Shown here: positions 1 through 8,178 of the stretch, piece by piece
Layout: every line of letters begins with the position of its first letter
Numbering within the stretch: the stretch's first letter is position 1
Origin: Bacteroidales bacterium
GTDB lineage: Bacteria > Bacteroidota > Bacteroidia > Bacteroidales > WCHB1-69
Length of the DNA: 64,000 bases
Direction: 5' to 3'
Assembly: GCA_017649855.1 (NCBI GenBank)
Contig: JAGCGA010000027.1
Coordinates: 906 to 64,905, forward strand
Translations under genes and position numbers: made by a program
Notes under the pieces: generated by a model
What the model was told of the DNA's origin: nothing
Databases searched by the model: none
What the model saw: the letters and a program-made list of their open reading frames with translations, nothing else

Positions 1-1378
1 AGTCGAGCGGATAGTAGAGCACGGGCTTGTCGGTGCGCCAGCAGTGCGGGTAGTTGTGGGTGTGCTTTTCGCTCTTGAAAAGCTTGCCCTGCTCTTTCAG
101 CATCACCACGATATCGACGTCCAAGGATTTGTCCTTCTCCGTTTTGGTGGGGTCGTAGGCGTTCTTCACGAACTGGCCGGCGTAGGGACGGTAAGCCTCC
201 ACATCCATGCAGTTTTGGACAAATTCGGGGTCGAGGTCCTCGATACGGTAGAACTTGCCGGTGCGATCGACCATCGGCTGGCGGATGCCGTCCTTGTCGA
301 TCATCACGAGCGGCGGGATGCCGGCAGCGGCGGCCACGCGCTTGTCGTCGGCGCCGAAGGTCGGAGCGATGTGCACGATGCCGGTACCGTCTTCCGTGGT
401 GACATAGTCGCCGGGGATGATGCGGAAGGCGCCCTCGCCGGGATTCACCCACGGGATGAGCTGCTCGTAGGAGATGCCCACGAGGTCTTTGCCCTTGAAC
501 TCCTTCACAACCTCCGGAGCTTCCTTGAACATCGTGGAAACCAGCGCTTTGGCCATTAGAATGTAGCAGGGCTGTTCGTTGTACGGATGCACAGTCTTCA
601 GCATCACGTAGTCGATATTCGGACCCACGCACAACGCCGTGTTGCTCGGCAGCGTCCACGGGGTGGTCGTCCACGCAATCGCGTACACGGGAATGTTCGC
701 GTCCGCCTCAACTGCTAACTGCTCACTGCTAACTTCTAACTTGAACAGTGCCACGCAGGTCAAATCTTTCACATCGCGATAGCAGCCGGGCAGGTTGAGC
801 TCGTGGGAGCTGAGGCCGGTGCCGGCGGCGGGGGAATAGGGCTGGATGGAGTAGCCCTTATAGAGCAGTCCCTTCTTGTAAAGTTCTGACAGTAAATACC
901 ATACGGTTTCGATGTACTTGTTGTCGAAGGTGATATAGGGGTGTTCGAGATCGACCCAGTAACCCATCTCGCGGGTGAGCTCGTCCCATTTGTCCTTGAA
1001 CTTCATCACCTCGCGGCGGCAGGCCTTGTTGTAGTCCTCCACGGAGATCTTCTTGCCGATGTCCTCCTTGGTGATGCCGAGGGTTTTCTCCACGCCGAGT
1101 TCCACGGGCAGACCGTGCGTGTCCCAGCCGCCCTTACGTCCGACGTACTTGCCGGTGAGGGTCTGGTAGCGGCAGACGATGTCCTTGATGGTGCGGGCCA
1201 TCACGTGGTGGATGCCGGGCATGCCGTTTGCGGACGGCGGTCCCTCAAAGAAAACGAAACTTTTGTGTCCCTCGCGGGTCGATAGACTCTTGGCGAAGAT
1301 GTCATTGTCTTCCCAATACTTACGCATCTCTTCCCCTAATTTCGGAAGATTAAGACCTTTGTATTCAGTATATTTCAT
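1..1378 (-). CDS. ileS: isoleucyl-tRNA synthetase, N-terminal ~459 codons (gene continues past the left edge)
   Basis: Absent from the ORF track because it is cut by the window edge. My reverse-complement translation from the ATG at 1376-1378 gives MKYTEYKGLNLPKLGEEMRKYWEDNDIFAKSL...FFEGPPSANGMPGIHHVMARTIKD (class I HIGH motif)...GWDTHGLPVE...WTTTPWTLPSN. Plus-strand ORFs 44..559 and 941..1285 are antisense artefacts. Confidence 0.9.
   Translation of the reverse strand, partial: MKYTEYKGLNLPKLGEEMRKYWEDNDIFAKSLSTREGHKSFVFFEGPPSANGMPGIHHVMARTIKDIVCRYQTLTGKYVGRKGGWDTHGLPVELGVEKTLGITKEDIGKKISVEDYNKACRREVMKFKDKWDELTREMGYWVDLEHPYITFDNKYIETVWYLLSELYKKGLLYKGYSIQPYSPAAGTGLSSHELNLPGCYRDVKDLTCVALFKLEVSSEQLAVEADANIPVYAIAWTTTPWTLPSNTALCVGPNIDYVMLKTVHPYNEQPCYILMAKALVSTMFKEAPEVVKEFKGKDLVGISYEQLIPWVNPGEGAFRIIPGDYVTTEDGTGIVHIAPTFGADDKRVAAAAGIPPLVMIDKDGIRQPMVDRTGKFYRIEDLDPEFVQNCMDVEAYRPYAGQFVKNAYDPTKTEKDKSLDVDIVVMLKEQGKLFKSEKHTHNYPHCWRTDKPVLYYPLD
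708..742. repeat. five tandem 7-nt units (TCAACTG CTAACTG CTCACTG CTAACTT CTAACTT) inside the ileS coding sequence
   Basis: Direct reading of the + strand. On the coding strand it translates in-frame as LEVSSEQLAVE. Confidence 0.8.
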
Positions 1379-1406
1379 CGATAAATAGATTTTTCCAAAA
1401 AACTGG

Positions 1407-1414
1407 CAAAGATA
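1407..1414 (-). promoter_or_regulatory. Bacteroidetes -7 promoter box (TATCTTTG on - strand) for ileS
   Basis: Matches the TAnnTTTG consensus 29 nt upstream of the ileS ATG. Confidence 0.45.
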
Positions 1415-1610
1415 CAATTTTTTCGGGATTGGTGAACAGTAAGATTGCGAATAGTGGTTCAATATTAAATGTTTCGGTTCACTTTCCGGGAGTCTCGTAT
1501 TGCCAGCGATCGTCTCAAGTTCTGTAGTGATGGTGTCCTTGTCTCTTAATTGTGAAGTCTTACCGTTAGAAGTGCTGAAATACGATGTGTCATGGAACAA
1601 AAATATTTAC

Positions 1611-1618
1611 TATCTTTG
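1611..1618 (+). promoter_or_regulatory. -7 promoter box TATCTTTG for the PorQ-like gene
   Basis: TAnnTTTG match 12 nt upstream of the ATG at 1630. Confidence 0.45.
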
Positions 1619-1629
1619 CCACGTTTTTT

Positions 1630-2727
1630 ATGAAAGGAAAACGAATACATATAATCTGTTTTCTCTATGTGTTGCTGATGGCTCTCGGGACTTCTGCGCA
1701 GACGGGCGGCCATAGTGTCTATAATTTTCTCAGCTACAGCTATGCCTCCCGTGTGACGGCTTTGGGTAGTGGTCTGATTTCTGTTTATGACGATGATCCG
1801 ACGTTGCTGATGGTGAATCCTTCCTTTATTGGGGCGCGGCACAGCAACACGCTGGCATTGGACTTTACCAACTATTTCGCCAATACCAACTATGCATCTG
1901 CCCTCTATTCCTATACTTTCCCGAAAGCTGGCAGTTTTGCCATAGAAGCCCGCTACGTCAACTATGGAAAGTTTACCGGCACAGACGAAAGCGGAGTGGA
2001 GACGGGCGACTTCTCCGTGAACGATGTCGCACTGACACTGGGGTGGGGTCGTGAGTTGTCTCCGCATTTCAGCATCGGTGCCGATCTCAAACTCGTCTAC
2101 TGTGGCTATGAGATGTACCACTCCTTCGGCTTGGCAGTGGATGTGGCCGGCAGTTATTTCAATAAGGAGAAGAATTTGTCACTCACCCTGTTAGCTAAAA
2201 ATATCGGTACGGAGGTCAAGCCTTTCTATCCTGGTAACCTGGAACGTTTGCCCTTTGATCTTCAGTTTGCCCTCTCGCAACGACTTGCCCATGTGCCGAT
2301 CCGCTATCATATCTCTCTTCACTCCCTCTATCGCTGGAACATGAACTATTATGGTGCGGACAATCCCTTCATGGAGTCGGATGCCCTCACCAATGAGCTG
2401 CTGTATCCTTCCAAAACTTCCCAATTTTTCGATAATTTCTTCCGCCATATTATCTTCGGATTAGAAATAGAACCTTCCAAATATTTCTCTATCCAGCTGG
2501 CCTATAACCACAATATCCATCAGGAGATGAAGGTGCTGGCTCGCCACTCTATGGCCGGTTTCTCCTATGGCTTCATGCTGAATATCAAAGGACTTCGCTT
2601 CGGTTTTTCCCGCCTGCAATATGCACCAGGCGCCGCACCCAATTGTGTCAACCTTGCCCTGAACTTTGAGGAGATCTCCCAATGGAAGAAGAAAGATAAT
2701 CCCAAGAAACTGGAACGGATGCCATAA
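1630..2727 (+). CDS. porQ: PorQ-like (PorV/FadL-fold) type IX secretion outer-membrane beta-barrel protein
   Basis: ORF 1585..2727, with the start moved to the internal ATG at 1630 ([24 protein letters not shown] signal peptide). The N-terminal [23 protein letters not shown]...NPS motif is typical of the PorQ/PorV family. Alternating beta-strand pattern throughout. Confidence 0.6.
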   Translation: MKGKRIHIICFLYVLLMALGTSAQTGGHSVYNFLSYSYASRVTALGSGLISVYDDDPTLLMVNPSFIGARHSNTLALDFTNYFANTNYASALYSYTFPKAGSFAIEARYVNYGKFTGTDESGVETGDFSVNDVALTLGWGRELSPHFSIGADLKLVYCGYEMYHSFGLAVDVAGSYFNKEKNLSLTLLAKNIGTEVKPFYPGNLERLPFDLQFALSQRLAHVPIRYHISLHSLYRWNMNYYGADNPFMESDALTNELLYPSKTSQFFDNFFRHIIFGLEIEPSKYFSIQLAYNHNIHQEMKVLARHSMAGFSYGFMLNIKGLRFGFSRLQYAPGAAPNCVNLALNFEEISQWKKKDNPKKLERMP

Positions 2728-2758
2728 TCCCTCCTTCGTATGTCTAAATCAACTGTTT

Positions 2759-3229
2759 ATGTCAAGAACCAATGAAGAACTGAAAGGTGTCACGCTGTTG
2801 GGAAACCAGCAGACGCACTATGCCTATGACTATACCCCAGAGGTGCTGGAGACCTTCGACAACAAACACCCGGAGCATGAATATCTGGTCACGCTGGACT
2901 GTCCGGAGTTCACCTCGCTGTGCCCCAAGACTGGTCAGCCCGACTTCGGCCATCTCATCATCCGCTATATTCCCCGCATCCGCATGGTGGAGAGCAAGAG
3001 CCTGAAACTCTATCTTTTCAGCTTCCGCAACCATGGCGACTTTCACGAGGATTGTGTCAACATCATCATGAAAGACCTTGTCAAGTTGATGGATCCCAAG
3101 TATCTGGAAGTGGAGGGACTCTTCAATCCGCGTGGGGGCATCTCCATCCTGCCCTTTGCCAACTACGGGGATGCCGACCATCAAGCTATGGTCAGAGAGA
3201 GAATGTTAAGTGTGATGCAAAATCGTTAG
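2759..3229 (+). CDS. queF: NADPH-dependent 7-cyano-7-deazaguanine (preQ0) reductase
   Basis: ORF 2666..3229, start at the ATG at 2759. Contains [17 protein letters not shown] and [19 protein letters not shown], the YkvM-type QueF signatures. Confidence 0.9.
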   Translation: MSRTNEELKGVTLLGNQQTHYAYDYTPEVLETFDNKHPEHEYLVTLDCPEFTSLCPKTGQPDFGHLIIRYIPRIRMVESKSLKLYLFSFRNHGDFHEDCVNIIMKDLVKLMDPKYLEVEGLFNPRGGISILPFANYGDADHQAMVRERMLSVMQNR

Positions 3230-3232
3230 GAG

Positions 3233-3889
3233 ATGGCTAAAGACGCAGTGATTATCCTCTCTGGTGGTATGGATTCCACCACGATGTTGTACGAATATCG
3301 CGAAGAGATAGCCATGGCTATCACCTTTGATTATGGATCTACCCAGAACGGGCGGGAGCGGCAGTGCGCGATTACCCATTGCCAACGGTTGCATATCCCG
3401 CACATAACCATTCCGTTGGCTTTCATACACCAGTATTTCAAGAGTGCCCTGCTGATGACGGCCGATGATATTCCGGATGGCAACTACAATGATGAGAATA
3501 TGAAGTCCACGGTGGTGCCCTTCCGCAACGGCATCATGTTGGCCGTGGCTTGCGGTGTGGCCGAGAGCAATGGGCTGAAACGCGTGATGATCGCCAACCA
3601 TGCCGGGGACCATGCCATCTATCCCGACTGCCGCCCCAACTTCATCAACGCCATGGATGATGCCATGCAGGCAGGCACCTATGAGAACATCGCTATATAC
3701 GCCCCTTACACTCACCTTGACAAAGTGGAAATCGCCCGCCATGGCAAAGCGCTGGGTCTTAACTACGCCGAGACTTACTCCTGCTACAAAGGTGGAGAGC
3801 ACCACTGCGGCAAGTGCGGCACCTGTCGCGAGCGGCGCATGGCCCTCGCCGCCGCCGGTATCGACGACACTACCGTGTACGATGCCTAA
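3233..3889 (+). CDS. queC: 7-cyano-7-deazaguanine synthase
   Basis: SGGMDSTT PP-loop at the N-terminus and a C-terminal CGKCGTCRERR zinc cluster. Sits 3 nt after queF. Confidence 0.9.
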   Translation: MAKDAVIILSGGMDSTTMLYEYREEIAMAITFDYGSTQNGRERQCAITHCQRLHIPHITIPLAFIHQYFKSALLMTADDIPDGNYNDENMKSTVVPFRNGIMLAVACGVAESNGLKRVMIANHAGDHAIYPDCRPNFINAMDDAMQAGTYENIAIYAPYTHLDKVEIARHGKALGLNYAETYSCYKGGEHHCGKCGTCRERRMALAAAGIDDTTVYDA

Positions 3890-3890
3890 A

Positions 3891-3918
3891 ATAACTGACA
3901 ACAGATAACTGACAACTA
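3891..3918. repeat. 14-nt (2 x 7) direct duplication ATAACTGACAAC-AG / ATAACTGACAAC-TA filling the queC-queD spacer
   Basis: Direct reading: 12/12 identical cores at 3891-3902 and 3905-3916. Confidence 0.8.
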
Positions 3919-3921
3919 TAT

Positions 3922-4272
3922 ATGTATTACGTTAGAAAAACCCTCGAGATCTCTTCTTGTCACCAGCTCTACCTCGATTATGAGAGCAAGTGTGAGAATC
4001 TGCATGGCCATAATTGGATTGTGAAGGTCTATTGTCGCGCCAAAGAGTTGGATGCCAATGGTATGGTGTGTGACTTCACGGAGATCAAGCGTCTTATTCA
4101 CAACAAGATAGATCATAAAAACTTGAATGAGGTTCTGGAGTTCAATCCGACTGCGGAGAACATTGCCCGCTGGATAGTGGACACTGTGCCCAACTGCTAC
4201 CGGGCTGATGTCTGGGAGTCGCGTGACAACAAAGCTTGCTATATAGCGGACGACGCACCACAGAATTTCTAG
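3922..4272 (+). CDS. queD: 6-carboxy-5,6,7,8-tetrahydropterin synthase
   Basis: 116 aa with SSCHQL...CENLHGHNW...(His triad and Cys of the PTPS/QueD fold). Lies within the que cluster. Confidence 0.85.
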   Translation: MYYVRKTLEISSCHQLYLDYESKCENLHGHNWIVKVYCRAKELDANGMVCDFTEIKRLIHNKIDHKNLNEVLEFNPTAENIARWIVDTVPNCYRADVWESRDNKACYIADDAPQNF

Positions 4273-4274
4273 GC

Positions 4275-4865
4275 ATGTATCGCATCCATGAAATATTTCA
4301 CTCGTTGCAGGGCGAGGGCTATCATAGCGGCACGCCGGCCGTCTTTGTGCGCTTCAGTGGATGCAATCTGCGTTGCCATTTCTGCGACACGGACCATCGG
4401 GATGGACGGATGATGACGGCTGAACAGATTGTTGCGGAGGTCCGAGCCCTGCCTCGCGCCCCGCTGCTCGTCCTGACGGGCGGGGAGCCTTCCCTCTTCA
4501 TTGACGAGGCGCTCGTGACACTCTTGAAGCGCGACACCGGCATGATGGTGGCAGTGGAGACCAACGGCACACGCCCGTTGCCTGCCGCGGTGGACTGGGT
4601 CACCTTGTCCCCCAAAGACGCTTTTGAGGGCGGGGATGCGGAGCCTTGCGTGCTTCGTACGTGCGATGAGCTCAAGGTGGTCTATACAGGCCAGGACCTG
4701 GCACGCTATGATCATATCCAAGCTCACCATCGCTTTCTTCAACCCTGCTATTCACCCATTCCTGATCTGTGTGAACAGAACCTCCGCGCTTGCGTGCAAG
4801 CCGTGACTGACCATCCGCAATGGCGCCTCTCCCTCCAAATCCATCGAATCCTCGGCCTTCCATAG
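4275..4865 (+). CDS. queE: 7-carboxy-7-deazaguanine synthase (radical SAM)
   Basis: ORF 4236..4865, start at the ATG at 4275 (MYRIHEIFHSLQGEG). CNLRCHFCDT cluster motif. Begins 3 nt after the queD stop. Confidence 0.9.
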   Translation: MYRIHEIFHSLQGEGYHSGTPAVFVRFSGCNLRCHFCDTDHRDGRMMTAEQIVAEVRALPRAPLLVLTGGEPSLFIDEALVTLLKRDTGMMVAVETNGTRPLPAAVDWVTLSPKDAFEGGDAEPCVLRTCDELKVVYTGQDLARYDHIQAHHRFLQPCYSPIPDLCEQNLRACVQAVTDHPQWRLSLQIHRILGLP

Positions 4866-4900
4866 CAGCTAACAGCTAATGGCTAATGGCCAATAGCTAA
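4866..4900. repeat. five tandem heptamers CAGCTAA CAGCTAA TGGCTAA TGGCCAA TAGCTAA immediately after the queE stop
   Basis: Direct reading. TAA recurs every 7 nt on the + strand and TAG every 7 nt on the - strand. Confidence 0.85.
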
Positions 4901-4917
4901 CGTATCGATATTTTATC

Positions 4918-4925
4918 TATCTTTG
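4918..4925 (+). promoter_or_regulatory. -7 promoter box TATCTTTG ahead of the TPP riboswitch
   Basis: TAnnTTTG match just upstream of the riboswitch aptamer. Confidence 0.45.
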
Positions 4926-5010
4926 CCGCCGTTTTGAAAGGGGTGCCGAAAGGCTGAGATCAGACCCGTTGAACCTGATGCGGATAATGCCGCCGTAGGG
5001 AGATAAACAA
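4926..5010 (+). promoter_or_regulatory. TPP (THI-box) riboswitch
   Basis: AGGGGTGCCGAAAGGCTGAGATCAGACCCGTTGAACCTGATGCGGATAATGCCGCCGTAGGGAG carries the conserved GGGGUGC, CUGAGA, ACCC, GAACCUGAU, GGAUAAUGCC and CGUAGGGA blocks of the TPP aptamer. It sits 60 nt upstream of the receptor ATG. Confidence 0.9.
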
Positions 5011-5068
5011 CGTCCTCTTATCCCTCTTTCAGTATTGTTTCATTTTAAAAACCAAAACTGTTAGAGCA

Positions 5069-7414
5069 ATGAAAAAAAATGTACTTGGTAAGTTGAAAAT
5101 TTTCGATTTTCAATTTTTAATCATCAATTTCCTGTTGCTGGTTCTTCCGGCAGGACTGTTCGCCCAGGTGCTGGATACGACACAACACGGCGAACTTGAC
5201 GAGGTGACGATCCGCTTTACCAAACCTACGGTGCAGACCTTCGCGAATGTCACGACCATGTCAATGCCCCAAATCCGGGCTCAACAGGGTAATGGAAGTG
5301 TCAACAACCTGTTGGAGATGATGCCTTCTGTGGTCACCACCTCAGAGTCGGGTAACGGCCTCGGCGCCACCTACCTCTTTATCCGTGGCATCGACCAGAC
5401 TCGTATCAACACCACCCTCAACGGAGTCACCATCAACAATGCCGAGTCGCAGGGCTCCTGGCTGGTGAACCTGCCCGACATGGGAGCTTTCATCGAGCAT
5501 GTGAGTGTGCAGAGCGGCGCCAACACCACCGATGGTAGCACCTCATACGGTGCCCGTGTGGATTTTGTCACCAGACAGATACCCGACAAACCCTTTGCGG
5601 AGGTGCGCAGTTCCTACGGCTCCTTCAAAACATTCCACAACATGGTTAGTGCCGGTACCGGCCTCATCGGCAAGCGCTTCTCTATGTTGGCCTCTTTCTC
5701 CGATATCCGCAGCGACGGCTATATTGACTTCTCCGGCGTGCGCCTCAACTCTGGCTTCTTGACCGCCCAGTATGATCTTCGCAACTTCAAAAAGAACAAA
5801 AATTATGGTACGTTGAGTTTCCACATGCTCTATGGTACCGAGCACACCGGCCTCGCCTGGAATGGTGTGCCTTACGACATGCTGGAGACCAACCGTACCT
5901 ATAACTCCTGCGGCGAGTACTATGATGACAATGGGGTGCGCCATTATTACGAGAATTCCTTTGACCATTACACCCAGACTTTCTATCAGCTGGAGTATCA
6001 GAAAAGATGGATGCGGAATTTAGGCGAACAATGGCATAGTGTACGGGTAATGCCCTACCTGACGCGCGGAGTCGGTTATTATGAGCAATATAAAGACGAC
6101 AAGACGGTTAACAGATACGGCTTGGAAGGCCTCATCCATATTATTGGTCATGAACTTGACAGCGCCACCTACACGGTCAACACCTTGTATGATACAGCGA
6201 CAAAAGCTGACCTCGTCACCCAAAAATATCTCGACAACTACTATTATGGCGTTTTGGCGGAATATTGGGGCAGTCAACGTTTTAAAGGCGAAGCCTTCCA
6301 TGGCTTGCGCTGGAAGGCCGGCGTGGATGTGAGCAACTACAATGGCAAACACTACGGCGACATCGTTTGGGTTGAGCCCGACCGCGTAGTAGATTGTCCA
6401 GCCATGTACCAATGGTATAGTGGCACAGGTAACAAATTACAAGCCAAAGTCTTTGGCAACTTGCGCTACTATTACAAGAACTTCAGCTTAACCGGTGAAC
6501 TGCAATACCGCCGTGTGGATTATACCATTGATGGTGTCAACGACGAGCTGACACCCATCCCGCAGGACTACCACTGGAACTTCATCAACCCGAAAATCGC
6601 GCTGCACTACTATCTGGACAAGAGCAAGCTGAAACATTCTTTCGACCTCTCGTTTGCCACTGCCAACCGCGAAGCGACCCGTAACGACCTCGTCGGTGCC
6701 CCCGACGACCGCAAGCCGAAGCCGGAGACCTTGTACGACATGGAGTTCAGCTACACCATGCACAATGACAAGTTCTTCTTCAACACCACCTTGTATGGCA
6801 TGTACTACCGTGACCAGCTCGTGCGTACCGGTGAGCTGGACCAGACCGGTGATCCGCTTATGACCAATGTGGACAAGAGCTACCGTGCCGGTATCGAGCT
6901 CTCCGCAGCCTATCGCCCTGTCCGTTTCTTCAGTTGGCATGTCAATGGCAGCTTCAGTCTCAACAGAGTGCTGGATTACGTCCACTATGTGTCTAATTAT
7001 AATGAGGATTGGGATGAAGAAGGCTATGTGGAGCAGCATCTTGGCAACACGCCCCTTGCTTATTCTCCCAGCATCATCATTGGCAATGACTTCACCTTCA
7101 CGCCGATTCGGAATTTCAACATCTCCCTCGTCACCAAGTTCGTCAGCAAGCAATATCTGGACAACTCAGGCGATGATACCTACATGTTGAAGCCCTACTC
7201 CTTCACCAATCTCCGTCTTTCCTATACTTTCCACTTCAAATGTTTGAGAGATCTGGAACTCTTCTTCAATGTCAACAATCTCTTCAACACGAAATATGAG
7301 AACAATGCGGCGATGTACTCCTATTATTACATGGCCACCGACAAATACTATGAGGCCAGCTACTTCCCGCAGGCCGGCATCAACTTCTTGGGAGGCTTGA
7401 GACTGAAGTTCTAA
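5069..7414 (+). CDS. TonB-dependent outer-membrane receptor, presumably a thiamine/thiamine-precursor transporter
   Basis: 781 aa with a signal peptide, a plug-domain motif (LLEMMPSVV...YLFIRGIDQTRINTTLNGVTINN) and a C-terminal beta-barrel ending in ...GGLRLKF. The TPP riboswitch lies directly upstream. Confidence 0.85.
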   Translation: MKKNVLGKLKIFDFQFLIINFLLLVLPAGLFAQVLDTTQHGELDEVTIRFTKPTVQTFANVTTMSMPQIRAQQGNGSVNNLLEMMPSVVTTSESGNGLGATYLFIRGIDQTRINTTLNGVTINNAESQGSWLVNLPDMGAFIEHVSVQSGANTTDGSTSYGARVDFVTRQIPDKPFAEVRSSYGSFKTFHNMVSAGTGLIGKRFSMLASFSDIRSDGYIDFSGVRLNSGFLTAQYDLRNFKKNKNYGTLSFHMLYGTEHTGLAWNGVPYDMLETNRTYNSCGEYYDDNGVRHYYENSFDHYTQTFYQLEYQKRWMRNLGEQWHSVRVMPYLTRGVGYYEQYKDDKTVNRYGLEGLIHIIGHELDSATYTVNTLYDTATKADLVTQKYLDNYYYGVLAEYWGSQRFKGEAFHGLRWKAGVDVSNYNGKHYGDIVWVEPDRVVDCPAMYQWYSGTGNKLQAKVFGNLRYYYKNFSLTGELQYRRVDYTIDGVNDELTPIPQDYHWNFINPKIALHYYLDKSKLKHSFDLSFATANREATRNDLVGAPDDRKPKPETLYDMEFSYTMHNDKFFFNTTLYGMYYRDQLVRTGELDQTGDPLMTNVDKSYRAGIELSAAYRPVRFFSWHVNGSFSLNRVLDYVHYVSNYNEDWDEEGYVEQHLGNTPLAYSPSIIIGNDFTFTPIRNFNISLVTKFVSKQYLDNSGDDTYMLKPYSFTNLRLSYTFHFKCLRDLELFFNVNNLFNTKYENNAAMYSYYYMATDKYYEASYFPQAGINFLGGLRLKF

Positions 7415-7440
7415 CGGAAAGGGCTTGATCTTTACCCTTG

Positions 7441-7490
7441 TCCCGCCAACCCCAAGACAGATGATGTTGCAAGGTTGGCGGGATTTTTTT
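7441..7490 (+). terminator. rho-independent terminator of the TonB-dependent receptor gene
   Basis: 10-bp stem CCCGCCAACC / GGTTGGCGGG (7442-7451 with 7473-7482) followed by T7. Confidence 0.75.
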
Positions 7491-8163
7491 GGTGGGGTAA
7501 TTATATACCTGATGGCACCAATGTGATGGTGGAAATAGAACCTCTTTGTTTGAGAGTGCTATGTGACGAGTGAACATCGTGCTTTGTGGCAAGTGACAGT
7601 CCCTTAAATAATTATAGTCTTTAACTTTTCTCTTGATAGAAAAGTTACAAAAGATCAAGCCGACATGAATGCCGCCCGCTCTGTCCGCCCTCTGACAGCG
7701 GCGGTAAACGGGAACAAAAATGCAGCTATTTCAAAAGGGAAGATTCTCTGACGGCATGCATTTTTGTAAACGCAAGCGCCTTTGCACGCCGCTGTTGGAG
7801 GCCGGCCATTCACGCCGCGTCCGCACCGCATGTCGGCCTACCCGCCCGCGTGCTCTATGGGCAGGTGCCCCCCCCCCTAAAGCCCCCTAAGATTAAATGA
7901 AAACGGTTGATTCTGCCGTTGGCCTCATCTTTGTTGTGCCATCATGTATATAACTCCCTTCATTAATAAGCAACTCATATTTCATTTCCTGGGGAAAAGT
8001 CGTTACGAATCCACCATCATCGTACACGACACCCGCGCCGCGATAGGGATAGTGGGATGCGCAATGTTGCTGAGACCATGTCGCAAGTCTTTTCGTCTTC
8101 GTGTCAGTATGTTCAACAGGAAAAAAAACAATCGAAACTTGATATATATATCAAATTATTTTG

Positions 8164-8171
8164 TATTTTTG
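8164..8171 (+). promoter_or_regulatory. -7 promoter box TATTTTTG for the toxin-antitoxin pair
   Basis: TAnnTTTG match 8 nt upstream of the ATG at 8179. Confidence 0.4.
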
Positions 8172-8178
8172 CCGCGTT

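Noticed and set aside
2728-2758. preQ1 riboswitch upstream of the que operon
   Set aside because: The queF upstream spacer is only about 30 nt and shows no preQ1 aptamer-like hairpin or ACUA/CCC motif that I can see.
4866-4900. The heptamer arrays as a CRISPR array or other spacer-containing repeat
   Set aside because: The units are 7 nt long and directly abutting with no spacers, each array totals 28-77 nt, and there are no cas genes. They are microsatellite-like arrays, not CRISPR.
7655-7880. Retron msr/msd, or protein-coding small ORFs (57 aa on + strand, 58 aa on - strand), as explanations for the GC-rich element
   Set aside because: No reverse transcriptase gene lies anywhere nearby, so a retron is unsupported. 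The two short ORFs overlap each other antisense, are Arg/Pro/Cys-rich and lack promoter or initiation context. That is expected by chance in GC-rich DNA. A 6S-like identity is only a loose architectural resemblance and is not claimed.
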